Notes: generated by a model from the sequence alone, not told the origin. A stretch of 64,000 nt of DNA from Capsulimonadaceae bacterium (GCA_965215505.1 OZ244065.1:3456001-3520000), one strand, 5' to 3'; positions 19,711-32,198 are shown, numbered from the stretch's first letter. Translations and numbers: made by a program.

Positions 19711-19973
19711 GGGGTGGGCCTTTCTAGGGCGGGGAGAACAGGTTTTGGATTGGGAGAACGATAGCCCCTTCTTCCCGGCGGGGGGTGGAGGGTAAACGCG
19801 GGGCGGGCGCGGAAACCCAGATGTGGAGCGTCCAGTCCGTCCGCCCCGGCGCGAGGACGCACCCGGCCCTTCAGGGCCGGGATCTGGTGGGCCGGGACCC
19901 ACACGCCGGGCTAGGCTTTTGCGGCAAGTCTAGTGTATAATATGCCTAGCAAAGAGCAAAGGAAACCCGACCC

Positions 19974-20873
19974 ATGCCCGCAGTCCTGGACCGACCCGCC
20001 GCCGCAGCGGCTTCCGAGACGGCTTCCGAAACGGACGCCCTCACTCCCGCCAATGCCGGCCTGACGCCCGGCCGGAAGGCGCAGTTCGAGCGGGACGGCT
20101 ACCTGGTCCTGCGCGGCCTGTTCTCGCCCGCCGAGGCCGCAGCCTTCCGCGACGCCTTCATGCGGGCCAACGCCGGCGGCCCCGTGCCGGGCCTGTCGGC
20201 CATCGGCGAGGGCGTCGCCAGCCCGTCCGACCCGCTCGCCTTCTACCCGCGCATGATGAACCCGCACCTCCAGCCCGCCCGCGAGGTCGGCGCACTGGCG
20301 CGCGGCTTCCTGCTCGACCCGCGCCTCGAACCCGTCCTGACCGCCCTGCTCGGCGAGGAGCCGCTGGGCGTCCAGACCATGTTCTACTTCAAGCCCGCCG
20401 GGGCGCGCGGCCAGGAATTGCACCAGGACAACTTCTATCTGCGCGTCAAGCCGGGCACCTGCCTGGCTGCCTGGCTCGCCGTGGACGACGTGGACGCCGG
20501 GAACGGCGGCATGAAGGTGGTGCCCGGCTCGCACCATGAGGCCGTCGCCTGCCCGCAGCAGGCCGACCCGGCCGTCTCGTTCACCGCCGACTATGTGCCC
20601 GTGCCCGAGGGCATGGAGGCCGTGCCGTGCGACATGAAGGCGGGGGACGTGCTGTTCTTCAACGGGTCGCTCATCCACGGCTCGACCCCCAACACGTCCG
20701 CCGACCGGTTCCGGTGTTCCCTGATCGCCCACTACGTCCCGCGCCACTCCCAGGAGCTTTCGGATTGGTACAGGTCGCCGCTCACCTTCGGCGGCGAGGC
20801 GGTGGAGATCCCCCTGGCGACCGGCGGCGGCCCGTGCGGCACGGGCCAGGCGGGGGCGATGGCACCGCACTGA
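19974..20873 (+). CDS. Phytanoyl-CoA dioxygenase (PhyH) family protein
   Basis: FERDGYL, HQD, NGGMKVVPGSH, GDVLFF..IHGS. Confidence 0.9.
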   Translation: MPAVLDRPAAAAASETASETDALTPANAGLTPGRKAQFERDGYLVLRGLFSPAEAAAFRDAFMRANAGGPVPGLSAIGEGVASPSDPLAFYPRMMNPHLQPAREVGALARGFLLDPRLEPVLTALLGEEPLGVQTMFYFKPAGARGQELHQDNFYLRVKPGTCLAAWLAVDDVDAGNGGMKVVPGSHHEAVACPQQADPAVSFTADYVPVPEGMEAVPCDMKAGDVLFFNGSLIHGSTPNTSADRFRCSLIAHYVPRHSQELSDWYRSPLTFGGEAVEIPLATGGGPCGTGQAGAMAPH

Positions 20874-21053
20874 CCCGTTGATGCCGGCACAAAAGCGCAC
20901 GAGGCGGGCCACCCCACAGGGGCGGCCCGCCTCCGTATGTTCCCCCCCTCACAACCGCCTGGGAAGCGTGCCGCTGCTTTGGGGCCGTCCCAAAAAATAA
21001 AAACGAAAAGTATATGACCCTACCGACTTTTCATGGAATAATCGTTTCTTCTG

Positions 21054-21062
21054 TGCTATAAT
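21054..21062 (+). promoter_or_regulatory. Extended -10 sigma70 promoter
   Basis: TGcTATAAT in an AT-rich region ~180 nt upstream of the 21241 gene. Confidence 0.5.
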
Positions 21063-21240
21063 CCCTCCATCATCTTCTGACCGCGTGATGGGCACTGCCG
21101 CTCTTCCTCATGCACCCCTGGTGCCCTGCATCGCCGCAGGCTGACCCTTTCTCAGACTGTCACTGCCCAACAACCTTTGAAGCGCTCCGCTTCCGGCATC
21201 CGACGAGGATGACTTGCCCACAAGAAAGATCACACGTCAC

Positions 21241-22044
21241 ATGTTCAAGAAAGTGCTCTCGGCCGCTGCTCTGCTCCTGCTCGCAGGCTCTGCGGCTCAC
21301 GCTCAAACCCTCGTCTTTGACAATCTCTCGAACTTCGAGAACGGCGTCACGGGTGCCACTGGAACTTCGACTGCCTCGACCCCAAACACATTCATGGGTG
21401 ATGGGTACAACCTGCTCAGCGGGACGACGGACATCACCGGGTTCGATGTCGCTCCCGTCAACTTCACGGGCAGCACTTTGACCGGCGTGAAAGGCACGAT
21501 CTACGTCTGGGGCACTGTGAACACAACAGGCACCGTCAGCGCGACTACCCCGGCCTTCAGCAACCTTCTGGCAAGCTACACGTTCACCAGCACGGGCGGT
21601 ACTTTCACTAATGGCAGTTATGAAGTCTTTCAGAGTGGCTCGCCGGGTCCCACCCCAGGCATCACTCTGGCGACACCACTGGCGCTCGCCAGCAACACCA
21701 TCGGAGTGACGATGTCCTACCAGGGCACGACCGATGGGATCAACTACGCTACCATCAACAGCCTGAGCCCACTGATTACTACCGGGACAGCTCCCACGGT
21801 GGGGTCTAATGTGTTCAACGGCTACTACCGGAACGCCAACTCGGAGACCAACGGCAACTTCACCTCAAGCATACGGTCGTTAGGTCTCACCAACCAGAGC
21901 CTGGCGCTGCGGGTCTACGGCGACGTGGCCCCGACCCCCACGCCCGAGGCCTCCACGACCGTCAGCCTCGGCCTGATGCTTGCCCTGGGCATGGGCGGCC
22001 TGGTCGTAGCCGCCAAGCGCAAGAAGGCAAGCGCCAAGGCATAA
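21241..22044 (+). CDS. PEP-CTERM sorting-domain protein
   Basis: Signal peptide; C-terminal TPEASTTVSLGLMLALGMGG..KRKK. Confidence 0.85.
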   Translation: MFKKVLSAAALLLLAGSAAHAQTLVFDNLSNFENGVTGATGTSTASTPNTFMGDGYNLLSGTTDITGFDVAPVNFTGSTLTGVKGTIYVWGTVNTTGTVSATTPAFSNLLASYTFTSTGGTFTNGSYEVFQSGSPGPTPGITLATPLALASNTIGVTMSYQGTTDGINYATINSLSPLITTGTAPTVGSNVFNGYYRNANSETNGNFTSSIRSLGLTNQSLALRVYGDVAPTPTPEASTTVSLGLMLALGMGGLVVAAKRKKASAKA

Positions 22045-22087
22045 GCACGGGCATACGCCTGCGGGGGGAACGCCTCCAAACCATATC

Positions 22088-22118
22088 GGCCCCGCTTCGG
22101 AAGAAGCGGGGCCTTTTT
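22088..22118 (+). terminator. Rho-independent terminator
   Basis: GGCCCCGCTTC-GGAA-GAAGCGGGGCC-TTTTT. Confidence 0.8.
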
Positions 22119-22163
22119 GGCGTGGCTGTGGGTACGGCGCAAGGATGAAGGCGCGGATAGGTC

Positions 22164-22435
22164 GCCCGCTTCGGGACTTCGGATGATGCCGCCGGATAAC
22201 GCTATCCGGGCCGCGTAGAGGCACCGCTTGCCGCGCCCTCTTTGTCTTGCCGCGCTCCCAATGGGGGGCAGGGGATTGAAGAGGGCGGGGGGATTGAAGA
22301 GGGCGGGGGACCCCGCCCCTACGGGGCCCGAATGATGCCTCCCTTGTAGGGGTCGGGTCCCCCGACCCTCTTTCCCCGATCCTCCTTCCGACATCACCCT
22401 TCCCTTCGGCCTGGCCCCTCCGAAGCCCCGGCGGG
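22164..22435. repeat. Degenerate composite of family-B inner arms and GTAG REPs
   Basis: GCCCGCTTCGGGACTTCGGA, GTAGAGGCACCGCTTGCCGCGCCC, GGGCGGGGGACCCCGCCCCTAC, GTAGGGGTCGGGTCCCCCGACCC, TCCGAAGCCCC. Confidence 0.65.
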
Positions 22436-22490
22436 TCCTGCGCCCCGGCGGGTCCTGCGCCCAGACGGGAACGGCCTGACGTCAGTCCTC

Positions 22491-23294
<804 letters not shown>

Positions 23295-23349
23295 GTGTGT
23301 TTCTCCTGGTGTTCTCCTGAACCCACCCCGCGACAAGTCGCGGGGTGGG

Positions 23350-24612
<1,263 letters not shown>

Positions 24613-24754
24613 TTATTGCGAGAAAGGCTAGACAAGAGATGCGATCGGCAGTACCCCCCTCCAGTTTCCCCCAGGCGGCCACGCCCGCCGCGCCGTTCGT
24701 CACCGGGCCGTTCGTCACCGGGCCGTTCGTCACCGGAAAAGGGAGGAGTTCCTG

Positions 24755-25486
24755 ATGCTGCTCCCTCTGTTCCTCGCCCTCTTCTCCCATTCCAAGCCGG
24801 TCACCCACCGGCTCCCTTCCTCCAGTCCTTCTTCCCACCGGCTGTCCGCCCACGCCGGACGCCACAAGGTAGCCCGGCGGGTCGAGACGGCGGTGAAAGG
24901 CGACATCCAGTTTGTGATGATCGCCCCGCCCTCCCAGTTCGGCCACCCGGCCCCGAACGCCGGCCAGCCCACCGCCCCGAACGCCCACCTTTCCCCGCCC
25001 CGGCGGCTGATGCCGCTGACGGCCACGCTGCGGCTGGACACGCGGGCGCTGGAGGAGACGGAGGAGGCGGACCTGATCGCGGCCATCAACAACGAGCGCA
25101 CCCGGCGCGGCCTCGGGCCGCTGGCCGAGGACCCGCTGCTGAACGTCACCGCCCGCACCCACTCGCGCGAGATGTGTTCCCTGGGCTACTTCGACCACGT
25201 CTCGCCCACGTCGGGCAGTCAGACTCCCCTGGACCGCTATCTTGCCGGCCTGCGGGCGTGGGGCGAGGGCAAGCCCGAGGCCGCCCTGGTCGGCGAGAAC
25301 ATCTTCTTCGCCAGCGCCACCGACGCCGTCTACAACGCCTCCTACGCCCACGCCAGCCTGATGAACAGCCCCGGCCACCGCGCGAACATCCTGGAAAAAC
25401 GCTTCACCAAAGTCGGCGTCGGCCTGTACCGTGACAGCCAGGGCCGCTTCTGGGTGACGGAGATGTTCCTGCGCGACATGGAATAG
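24755..25486 (+). CDS. CAP/SCP domain protein
   Basis: INNER..GL..L, HSREM..YFDH, GENI, MNSPGHRANIL. Confidence 0.85.
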   Translation: MLLPLFLALFSHSKPVTHRLPSSSPSSHRLSAHAGRHKVARRVETAVKGDIQFVMIAPPSQFGHPAPNAGQPTAPNAHLSPPRRLMPLTATLRLDTRALEETEEADLIAAINNERTRRGLGPLAEDPLLNVTARTHSREMCSLGYFDHVSPTSGSQTPLDRYLAGLRAWGEGKPEAALVGENIFFASATDAVYNASYAHASLMNSPGHRANILEKRFTKVGVGLYRDSQGRFWVTEMFLRDME

Positions 25487-25579
25487 GGAGGGCAAGAGAA
25501 AACCCCTGGGGATGAACTCGGGGTTCGTTCCCAGGGGCTTTCCGGCCGTCTCAGGCGGGGAGGTCGCGCAGCCGCAGGC

Positions 25580-25771
25580 CTAAAACCTTTTGGTATACTT
25601 GGCGCCGGGGTATCCCCCCGTCGGCGGGTTCGGGGGTAGGGCCGACACGGGGAGCGGCGGGGCCGACGGCGGGGGGGCAAGGAAGAGCTTGTAGCCTACG
25701 ATGATGATGAGGAGCAGCACGACCCCGCCGATGGCGAGCGCCACGGGCATGTTGATCTCTTTGTTGTTCAT
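25580..25771 (-). CDS. Small single-TM Pro-rich protein
   Basis: RBS AAGGA; MNNKEINMPVALAIGGVVLLLIIIVGYK. Confidence 0.65.
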   Translation of the reverse strand: MNNKEINMPVALAIGGVVLLLIIIVGYKLFLAPPPSAPPLPVSALPPNPPTGGYPGAKYTKRF

Positions 25772-25998
25772 GTTTGTTTGTCCTTCGTGTTCTTTTCGTT
25801 CGCGCGCTGTGCCCGCCGGTGCGTGGCACGGACCGGGCGGCGCGGCTATGCGGAGGGAATGATGTTCGGGGGCGTGTCTCCTTTCTATCAGCGCCGCCCC
25901 GCCGGGGCCGGAGGTCCTTGGACACCGGGACTGGAAGGCCCTGGACATTGGTTTGCGAACATGATAACACGAACATTCCGGACCTGTCAACACTGCCC

Positions 25999-26592
25999 AT
26001 GATTTCCCTCCGCCGCGCCACGCCTGGAGACCTGCCCGCGCTGCAAATCCTGATTCCCCAGTCGGTACGTGCCCTCAGCCGGGGCTATTACACTGAAAGG
26101 CAGGTGGAGAGCGCCCTGCGCTACGTCTTCGGGGTAGATACGCAGCTCATCGCCGACGGGACCTACTTCGTCGCCGAGGCGGACGGCGAGGTCGCCGGGT
26201 GCGGCGGGTGGAGCCGGCGGCGGACTTTGTACGGCGGGGACCAAAACAAGGCCGCCGATCAGGAGCCGGGCGCGGACGACCTGCTCGACCCGGCCCGCGA
26301 CCCCGCCCGCATCCGCGCCTTCTTCGTCCACCCGGATCGGGCGCGGCGCGGCGTCGGCACACTCCTCCTGGACGCCTGCATCGGGGCCGCCCGCGGGGCC
26401 GGGTTCGACCGCCTGGAGCTGATGGCGACCCTGCCCGGCGTGGCCCTGTACCGCAGGGCGGGGTTCACCGTGATCGAACACGTCGCGCCGGTCCTACCGG
26501 ACGGCGTCGCCGTCCCGTTCGCCCGCATGGGGCGGGCGCTTGCGGGGCCGGACGAACAAAGGGGTTGCGTTCTGGAACGAACCGTGGAATAA
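25999..26592 (+). CDS. GNAT N-acetyltransferase
   Basis: GCGGWS, IRAFFVHP..ARRGVG, ATLPG..LY...GF. Confidence 0.88.
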   Translation: MISLRRATPGDLPALQILIPQSVRALSRGYYTERQVESALRYVFGVDTQLIADGTYFVAEADGEVAGCGGWSRRRTLYGGDQNKAADQEPGADDLLDPARDPARIRAFFVHPDRARRGVGTLLLDACIGAARGAGFDRLELMATLPGVALYRRAGFTVIEHVAPVLPDGVAVPFARMGRALAGPDEQRGCVLERTVE

Positions 26593-26704
26593 TGCTGTTA
26601 GGAAAGCCGGGCCGGCGACCTCCGTACCGGCTGCTCCGCGATGTGCCTCTCTTTCTCTCACCCTTGCGCCGCGCGCAGACATCGAAAGGACCCGTAGTAC
26701 CCTC

Positions 26705-29347
26705 ATGCAAGTCCCCCCCCGCACCGTTTTCACGAGAGCCGTTTCTTCCAAGGCCGTTTCTTCCAAGGCCGTTTCTTCCAAGGCCGTTTCTTCCAAGGCC
26801 GTTTCTTCCAAGGCCGTTTCTTCCAAGACCGCCGCCCGTGCCGTCGCGGCCCTCGGCCTGGGCCTGCTCGGCCTCCTCGCGTTCGGGACGCCGGGCCGTG
26901 TCGCCGCCGACCCCGCGCCGGCCCCAATTGCTCCGGCCCCGGCCGCGAGCCAGACGTTCCTGGCCCTGCCCGGCCACCTCCCGCCCGCCGTCCTCCAGGC
27001 CCGGCCCGTCGCCGCCCTGGACTCGAGCCGGCCGCTCGCGCTGGCTCTGACCCTGCCGCTGCGGAACCAGGCCGAACTGGACGACCTGCTGCGCGGCCTG
27101 AACGACCCCGCCGACCCGCGCTTCGGGCAGTTCCTGACGCCCCAGCAGTTCGCCGACCGCTTCAGCCCGACCCAGGCCGACTACGACCGGGCGGTCGCCT
27201 ATGCCCGCTCGGTCGGGCTGAACGTCATCGCGACGCACCCGAACCGGACCGTGATCGATGTCGCCGCGCCCGCCGCTCAGGCCGAGCGCGCCTTCGGCCT
27301 GCACCTGCTGGTCTACCGGTCTCAGGCGGACGGCCGCTTCTTCTACGCGCCCGACGCCGAGCCGCGCGTCCCCGCCGGGCTTGCCACCGTCCTGTCGGGC
27401 GTCGTCGGCCTGGACAACGCCGCCCAGTGGCACCCGCACCTGCGCGTCAAGCCGGCCCCCCTCGTTTCGCCGCTGCTGGACCCCTTCGCCTCGCCCTTGG
27501 AGACCGGGTCCGGGCCGGGCGGCGGCCTGGCCCCGTCGGACATCAAAAAGGCCTATAACCTCACCGGCGTCTCGCTGACCGGGTCGGGCCAGACCCTGGC
27601 CCTGTTCGAGCTGGACGGCTACAAGGCCAGCGACATCACCGCCTACGAGTCGAACTTCGGCCTGCCCTCCGTGCCGCTTCAAAACGTCCTGGTGGACGGC
27701 TACTCCGGCGCTTCGGGCAGCGGCGCGGCGGAAGTGACCCTGGACATCGAGCTGCAAGCCGCGCTGGCACCGAACGCCGCCAAGATCCTCGTGTACGAAG
27801 CGCCCAATTCCAGCGCGGGCGTCGTGGACGCCTACAACAAGATCGCCACCGACAACCTCGCCAAGCAGATCAGCACGTCCTGGGGCGAGGCCGAGGCCTC
27901 GGCGGGGGCCAGCATCCGCAACAGCGAGAGCAGCGCCTTCCAGCAGATGGCCGCCCAGGGCCAGTCCATCTTCGCCGCGGCCGGCGACAGCGGCGCGGAC
28001 GACAACGGCTCCTCCTTGAGCGTGGACGACCCCGCCTCCCAGCCCTACATGACCGGGGTGGGCGGCACCTCCCTGACCACGGCGGGCGCGGGCGGCGCGT
28101 ACTCCTCGGAGAAGACCTGGAACGGCGGGTCGGTCTCGAAAGGCGCGGGCGGCGGCGGCATCAGCACCGTCTGGACCATCCCGTCCTATCAGTCCGGCGT
28201 GGCCGGCTCGGCGGCCTCCAAAGGCTCGACGACCATGCGGAACGTCCCCGACGTCTCGCTGGACGCCGACCCGAACACGGGCTACGCCATCTACTTCAGC
28301 GGCGGCTGGACCATCTACGGCGGCACCTCCTGCGCCGCGCCGCTGTGGGCGGCCTTCACCGCCCTGGTGAACCAGCAGCGCGCGACGGGCGGCCAAGCCA
28401 CATTGGGCTTTGCCAACCCGCCCCTTTACGCCGTCGCGACCGGCGCGAACTACGGCCTGGACTTCCACGACATCGCCGACGGCAGCACCAACCTGTTCTA
28501 CCCCGCCGTGACCGGCTATGACGACGCCACGGGGCTTGGCACCTTCAACGGCGCGAACCTGCTGGCCGACCTCAGCGGCGGGGCCGTGACCCCGACCGCC
28601 CCCGCCGCCCCGACCGGGCTGAAGGCGACGGCGGGCAATGCCCAGGCCGCCCTGACCTGGAACGCCAGCGCAGGCGCGGCCAGCTACAGCCTCTACCGCA
28701 GCACGACCAGTGGCACCGAAACCCTGCTGAAGAGCGGCCTGACCGCGACCAATTACACCGACACGGGCCTGACCAACGGCACGGCTTACTTCTACCAGGT
28801 TTCGGCCGTCAACAGTGTCGGGACCAGCGCGAAGTCCGCCGAGGCGACCGCCACGCCGACCGCCGTCGTGGCTCCGACGCAGCTCCTGGGCAACCCCGGA
28901 TTCGAGAACGGCGCGAACGCCGCGCCCTGGACGACCACGGCGGGCGTCATCGACAACTCGGCCAGCGAGCCATCCCACGGCGGCGCGTGGAAGGCCTGGC
29001 TGGACGGCTACGGCGCGTCCCACACCGACACCCTGGCGCAGACGGTGACGCTGCCCTCGGCCCTGACGACGGCCAGCCTGAGCTTCTACCTGCACATCGA
29101 TACCGCCGAGACCAGCAAGACGGCCGCCAGCGACACGCTCAACGTCCAGATCCGCAATTCGTCGGGCACGGTGCTGAAGACCCTGGCGACCTACTCCAAT
29201 CTGAACGCCGCTTCGGGCTACACCCTGAAGACCTTCGACGTGTCCGCCTACAAGGGCCAGACGATCCAGGTGTACCTGGTCGGGGTGGAAAACTCGTCCC
29301 GCCAGACCTCGTTCGTCGTGGACGACTTCGCGCTGAACGTGCAGTAG
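26705..29347 (+). CDS. Secreted S53 (sedolisin/kumamolisin) peptidase with prodomain, FN3 and C-terminal beta domain
   Basis: EVTLDIE, STSWG, AAGDSG, VPDVS, GGTS; APTGLKATAG FN3. Confidence 0.92.
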   Translation: MQVPPRTVFTRAVSSKAVSSKAVSSKAVSSKAVSSKAVSSKTAARAVAALGLGLLGLLAFGTPGRVAADPAPAPIAPAPAASQTFLALPGHLPPAVLQARPVAALDSSRPLALALTLPLRNQAELDDLLRGLNDPADPRFGQFLTPQQFADRFSPTQADYDRAVAYARSVGLNVIATHPNRTVIDVAAPAAQAERAFGLHLLVYRSQADGRFFYAPDAEPRVPAGLATVLSGVVGLDNAAQWHPHLRVKPAPLVSPLLDPFASPLETGSGPGGGLAPSDIKKAYNLTGVSLTGSGQTLALFELDGYKASDITAYESNFGLPSVPLQNVLVDGYSGASGSGAAEVTLDIELQAALAPNAAKILVYEAPNSSAGVVDAYNKIATDNLAKQISTSWGEAEASAGASIRNSESSAFQQMAAQGQSIFAAAGDSGADDNGSSLSVDDPASQPYMTGVGGTSLTTAGAGGAYSSEKTWNGGSVSKGAGGGGISTVWTIPSYQSGVAGSAASKGSTTMRNVPDVSLDADPNTGYAIYFSGGWTIYGGTSCAAPLWAAFTALVNQQRATGGQATLGFANPPLYAVATGANYGLDFHDIADGSTNLFYPAVTGYDDATGLGTFNGANLLADLSGGAVTPTAPAAPTGLKATAGNAQAALTWNASAGAASYSLYRSTTSGTETLLKSGLTATNYTDTGLTNGTAYFYQVSAVNSVGTSAKSAEATATPTAVVAPTQLLGNPGFENGANAAPWTTTAGVIDNSASEPSHGGAWKAWLDGYGASHTDTLAQTVTLPSALTTASLSFYLHIDTAETSKTAASDTLNVQIRNSSGTVLKTLATYSNLNAASGYTLKTFDVSAYKGQTIQVYLVGVENSSRQTSFVVDDFALNVQ
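26738..26827 (+). repeat. Six perfect 15-bp tandem repeats (AVSSK) in the S53 N-terminus
   Basis: GCCGTTTCTTCCAAG x6. Confidence 0.95.
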
Positions 29348-29375
29348 AAGGCAGGCGGAGCAGGCGGAGATGGAG

Positions 29376-29519
29376 CGAGTGATTGAAATCACTCGCTCCG
29401 GTCGGACCTGTCCAGGGGACAGAAGAGCGCCCCGCTCCTTGCCTTTCCGGCTTGTCCCCTTCCTTCCGGCTTGTCCCCTGGACAAATCCCAAGTCAGCGA
29501 GTGATTTCAATCACTCGTC
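29376..29519. repeat. Family-A REPIN-like element, copy 2
   Basis: Same terminal hairpins; GGACCTGTCCAGGGGACAG / TTGTCCCCTGGACAAATCC arms. Confidence 0.9.
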
Positions 29520-29686
29520 CTTGTCTCGGCCTTCTCGTCCCATCTTGATTTGTCGTATCTCGACGGCCCCGGCCCGGAAGAGGATCATCCTCTGCCGGGC
29601 CTTTTCCGCCATCTGTAACCTTCCATATACCCCCCACTTTTAGCCGTCCGCCTATTTTGGTACAATAAAGGCCAGAGGAAGCAGAC

Positions 29687-31984
29687 ATGCCAGACGACCA
29701 GAACAGCCGCCCCGTATCGGGGCAGAATGGAGAAGCCGATCCGCTCCCGGACCTGCCGGGCATCAGCCTGACCCTGCCGCCGCTCAGCCGAGGCCCGGCC
29801 GGGTCCGTCTACAAAGGTTGGGACAACGTCCACCACTGTGCCGTCGTCGTCAAGACGCAGCGCGGGGCGGGCGACACCGTCGCCGCTGACCGCTTCCGGC
29901 GCGAGGCCGCCGTCATGGCCCGCCTGCGCCACCCCAACATCGTCGCCCTGTACCGCTTCCGCGACGGCGACCCCTCCGCGCTCATCATGGAGTATGTGCC
30001 GGGCCGCACCCTGGCCGATCTGGTGGCCGCCGACGGCCCGCTGGACGCCGGGAAGGCGGCGGGGATCATCGAAGGCGTCGCCGCCGCCCTGGACCGCATC
30101 CACCTGGAAGGGATCGTCCACCGGGACGTCAAGCCCTCCAACATCCTGCTGCCCCCGCGCGGCCCCGCCAAGCTGACCGACTTCGGCGTCGCCCACACCG
30201 AAGAGGGCGTTCCCCTGACGGTGGTGGGGGATATCTTAGGCACCATCGAGTACGTCAGCCCCGAGCAGGTCCACGGCGAGACCGCGCCCGATGCCCGCAG
30301 CGACGTCTACTCGCTGGCCGCCGTCGCCTACTTCGCACTGGCCGGGACGCCCCCGTTCCCTGCCACCGACAGCAGCACGCAGGCGCAGCTCTCGGTCATG
30401 CACCGGCAGGTGTTCTCGCCCCCGCCGCCCCTCCAGCGGCCGGGCCTGTCCGCTGAGGTGGAGGCGGCCGTGCTGCGCGGGCTTGCCAAGAAGCCGGACG
30501 CCCGGCCGGCCTCGGCAGGCCAGTTCGCCGCCGGTCTGCGCTCGGCAGTGGAGGCGGGCCTGGGTGCGCCCGAGGCGCAGGCCACGGCCGCCGCCTCGCG
30601 CCGGGCAGGGACTCTAGCGGGCGCGGCGGCGGGGACGGCCCTGCTGCTGCTCGGCGGCCTGGCTGCCTGGAAGTCGGAACAGGCGGGGACCGCCCCCGGC
30701 CACGCCCCGCACCCGTCCGGCTCGTCCGCCCATCCGGCCACTTTGGGCACTTCCGGCACTGTCGCCGCCGCACCGCACACGATGACCCCGCCCGTCCGGG
30801 GCAGCAAGCCAGCCCCGAAAGTGGCCGCGAAGGGCACGCCAGCGCCGGTGCGGGTCGCCGTCGCGGACTCGATCCAGGAGCGCCACACCCCGCGCCATCC
30901 CGAGGCCGCCCCGTCCGTCGCCGCCCCCGCACAGGCCACCGCGCGCCCGGCCCGCAAGGCGGCCGTCACCGAGCGGCCCCGGTTCCGGCGGCACCCGGAA
31001 GTCGTGGCCCGTGCTGACGCGCCCGCGCCGGCCCGGACTCCCGCCAAGCCCGCGCCGCGCGCCGCGCAGGTGGTCCCGAAATTGGCCGCGCCCGCGCCGG
31101 CCCTGCTCTCTGTCTATGCCAGCCAGAACAGCACCGCCGTCCCCGCGCGGGCCGTCCTCGTGGACGGGAAACCCGTGCCCGCCCTGACGACGGGCGGCTG
31201 GGCCAGCCTCCCCGCCGGGCGGCACCTGCTCTCCTATGTGCCCCAGCCCGGCAGCGGTTTCAATGCGAACCCCGGCCTGTGGGTGACACTCGCGCCCGGC
31301 GCGCACGTCACGCGGCGTATCCTGCTGCCCGCCGCGCCCCGCCCGCGCGCCCAAGTGGCCGTCGCCGTCCCAGCCCCCCGCCCGGTCATCGTCGCCGCTG
31401 TCCCGCCCACAGCGCCCGCCCCCGCCGCCTGGTACACTGTCTCCGGCTGGGCCGCGGCTGCCGCGCATGACGGCGGCAAGGCGTCCGTCGTCCGCGCGCC
31501 CGCATCGTGGGTGAAGGTGGACGGTCAGCCCGTGCCCGAACTGGCCCAGGGCGGATGGGCGACCCTGACGGCGGGCAAACACACCGTCACCTTCCAGCCC
31601 GCCGTCGGGCTTGGCGTCGGGCCGAAGACCTGGGACATCGAGCTGGCCCCGGCGGGGCACTTGGAGCAGCAGATCCCCCTGCCCGCGGACTCGTCCAGCG
31701 CCGTGGGCTGGTACACCGTCTCCGGCTGGGGGGCCAAGAACCCGTCCGCCGCCCGGCCCGATGCCAAGCCGGACCTGACCCGCGTGTCCGCCCAGTGGGT
31801 GAAAGTAGACGGCCAGTCCGTCCTGGGCCTCGCGCTCGGCCAGTGGGCCACCCTGCCCGCCGGCAAGCACACCGTCACCCTCCAGCCGACGCCCGGCCTC
31901 GGCCTCGCCGCCAAGACCTGGGACATCGACCTGGAAGCGCAGGGCCACTTGGACCAGAAGATCCCGCTGGACGCCGACAAGTAA
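29687..31984 (+). CDS. Hanks-type Ser/Thr kinase with TM helix, Pro/Ala linker and three PEGA-like repeats
   Basis: RFRREA, HRDVKPSN, DFG, GTIEYVSPEQ, SDVYSL; repeats V.VDG..V..L..G.WA.L.AG.H. Confidence 0.9.
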   Translation: MPDDQNSRPVSGQNGEADPLPDLPGISLTLPPLSRGPAGSVYKGWDNVHHCAVVVKTQRGAGDTVAADRFRREAAVMARLRHPNIVALYRFRDGDPSALIMEYVPGRTLADLVAADGPLDAGKAAGIIEGVAAALDRIHLEGIVHRDVKPSNILLPPRGPAKLTDFGVAHTEEGVPLTVVGDILGTIEYVSPEQVHGETAPDARSDVYSLAAVAYFALAGTPPFPATDSSTQAQLSVMHRQVFSPPPPLQRPGLSAEVEAAVLRGLAKKPDARPASAGQFAAGLRSAVEAGLGAPEAQATAAASRRAGTLAGAAAGTALLLLGGLAAWKSEQAGTAPGHAPHPSGSSAHPATLGTSGTVAAAPHTMTPPVRGSKPAPKVAAKGTPAPVRVAVADSIQERHTPRHPEAAPSVAAPAQATARPARKAAVTERPRFRRHPEVVARADAPAPARTPAKPAPRAAQVVPKLAAPAPALLSVYASQNSTAVPARAVLVDGKPVPALTTGGWASLPAGRHLLSYVPQPGSGFNANPGLWVTLAPGAHVTRRILLPAAPRPRAQVAVAVPAPRPVIVAAVPPTAPAPAAWYTVSGWAAAAAHDGGKASVVRAPASWVKVDGQPVPELAQGGWATLTAGKHTVTFQPAVGLGVGPKTWDIELAPAGHLEQQIPLPADSSSAVGWYTVSGWGAKNPSAARPDAKPDLTRVSAQWVKVDGQSVLGLALGQWATLPAGKHTVTLQPTPGLGLAAKTWDIDLEAQGHLDQKIPLDADK

Positions 31985-32030
31985 GACAAACGGCAGCTCA
32001 AGAGCGCCTGTGGGCGAACGCGCACAGGCA

Positions 32031-32108
32031 GGGCGAACACAAGGTTCGCCCCTACGGGGCAGGACCGGATGTATAGACGGATGTAGGGCGCGAACCTTGT
32101 GTTCGCCC
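32031..32108. repeat. GTAG-type REP pair
   Basis: GGGCGAACACAAGGTTCGCCCCTAC and GTAGGGCGCGAACCTTGTGTTCGCCC. Confidence 0.8.
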
Positions 32109-32147
32109 TTCAATACGATTAGGCGCAAATAAGCCATCACGACAAAC

Positions 32148-32179
32148 GAAAGGGGGCGCGGTGAACCGCGCCCCCTTTC
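32148..32179. terminator. Probable bidirectional terminator
   Basis: AAAGGGGGCGCGG-TGAA-CCGCGCCCCCTTT between convergent genes. Confidence 0.65.
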
Positions 32180-32198
32180 CTGCCGCACCCTCTCCAGA

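Noticed and set aside
21063-21240. Riboswitch or ncRNA in the long leader of the PEP-CTERM gene
   Set aside because: No motif I recognise; an Infernal/Rfam search would be needed
26465-29485. Long antisense ORFs (also 7038-9041, 12808-15156, 55505-57442, 57958-60102, 61979-63646)
   Set aside because: Shadow frames of well-supported opposite-strand genes, expected at high GC
29383-29643. Recurrent small ORFs such as MKSLAPVGPVQGT.. and ..RVISITR..
   Set aside because: Translations of family-A repeats with variable frames and no consistent RBS
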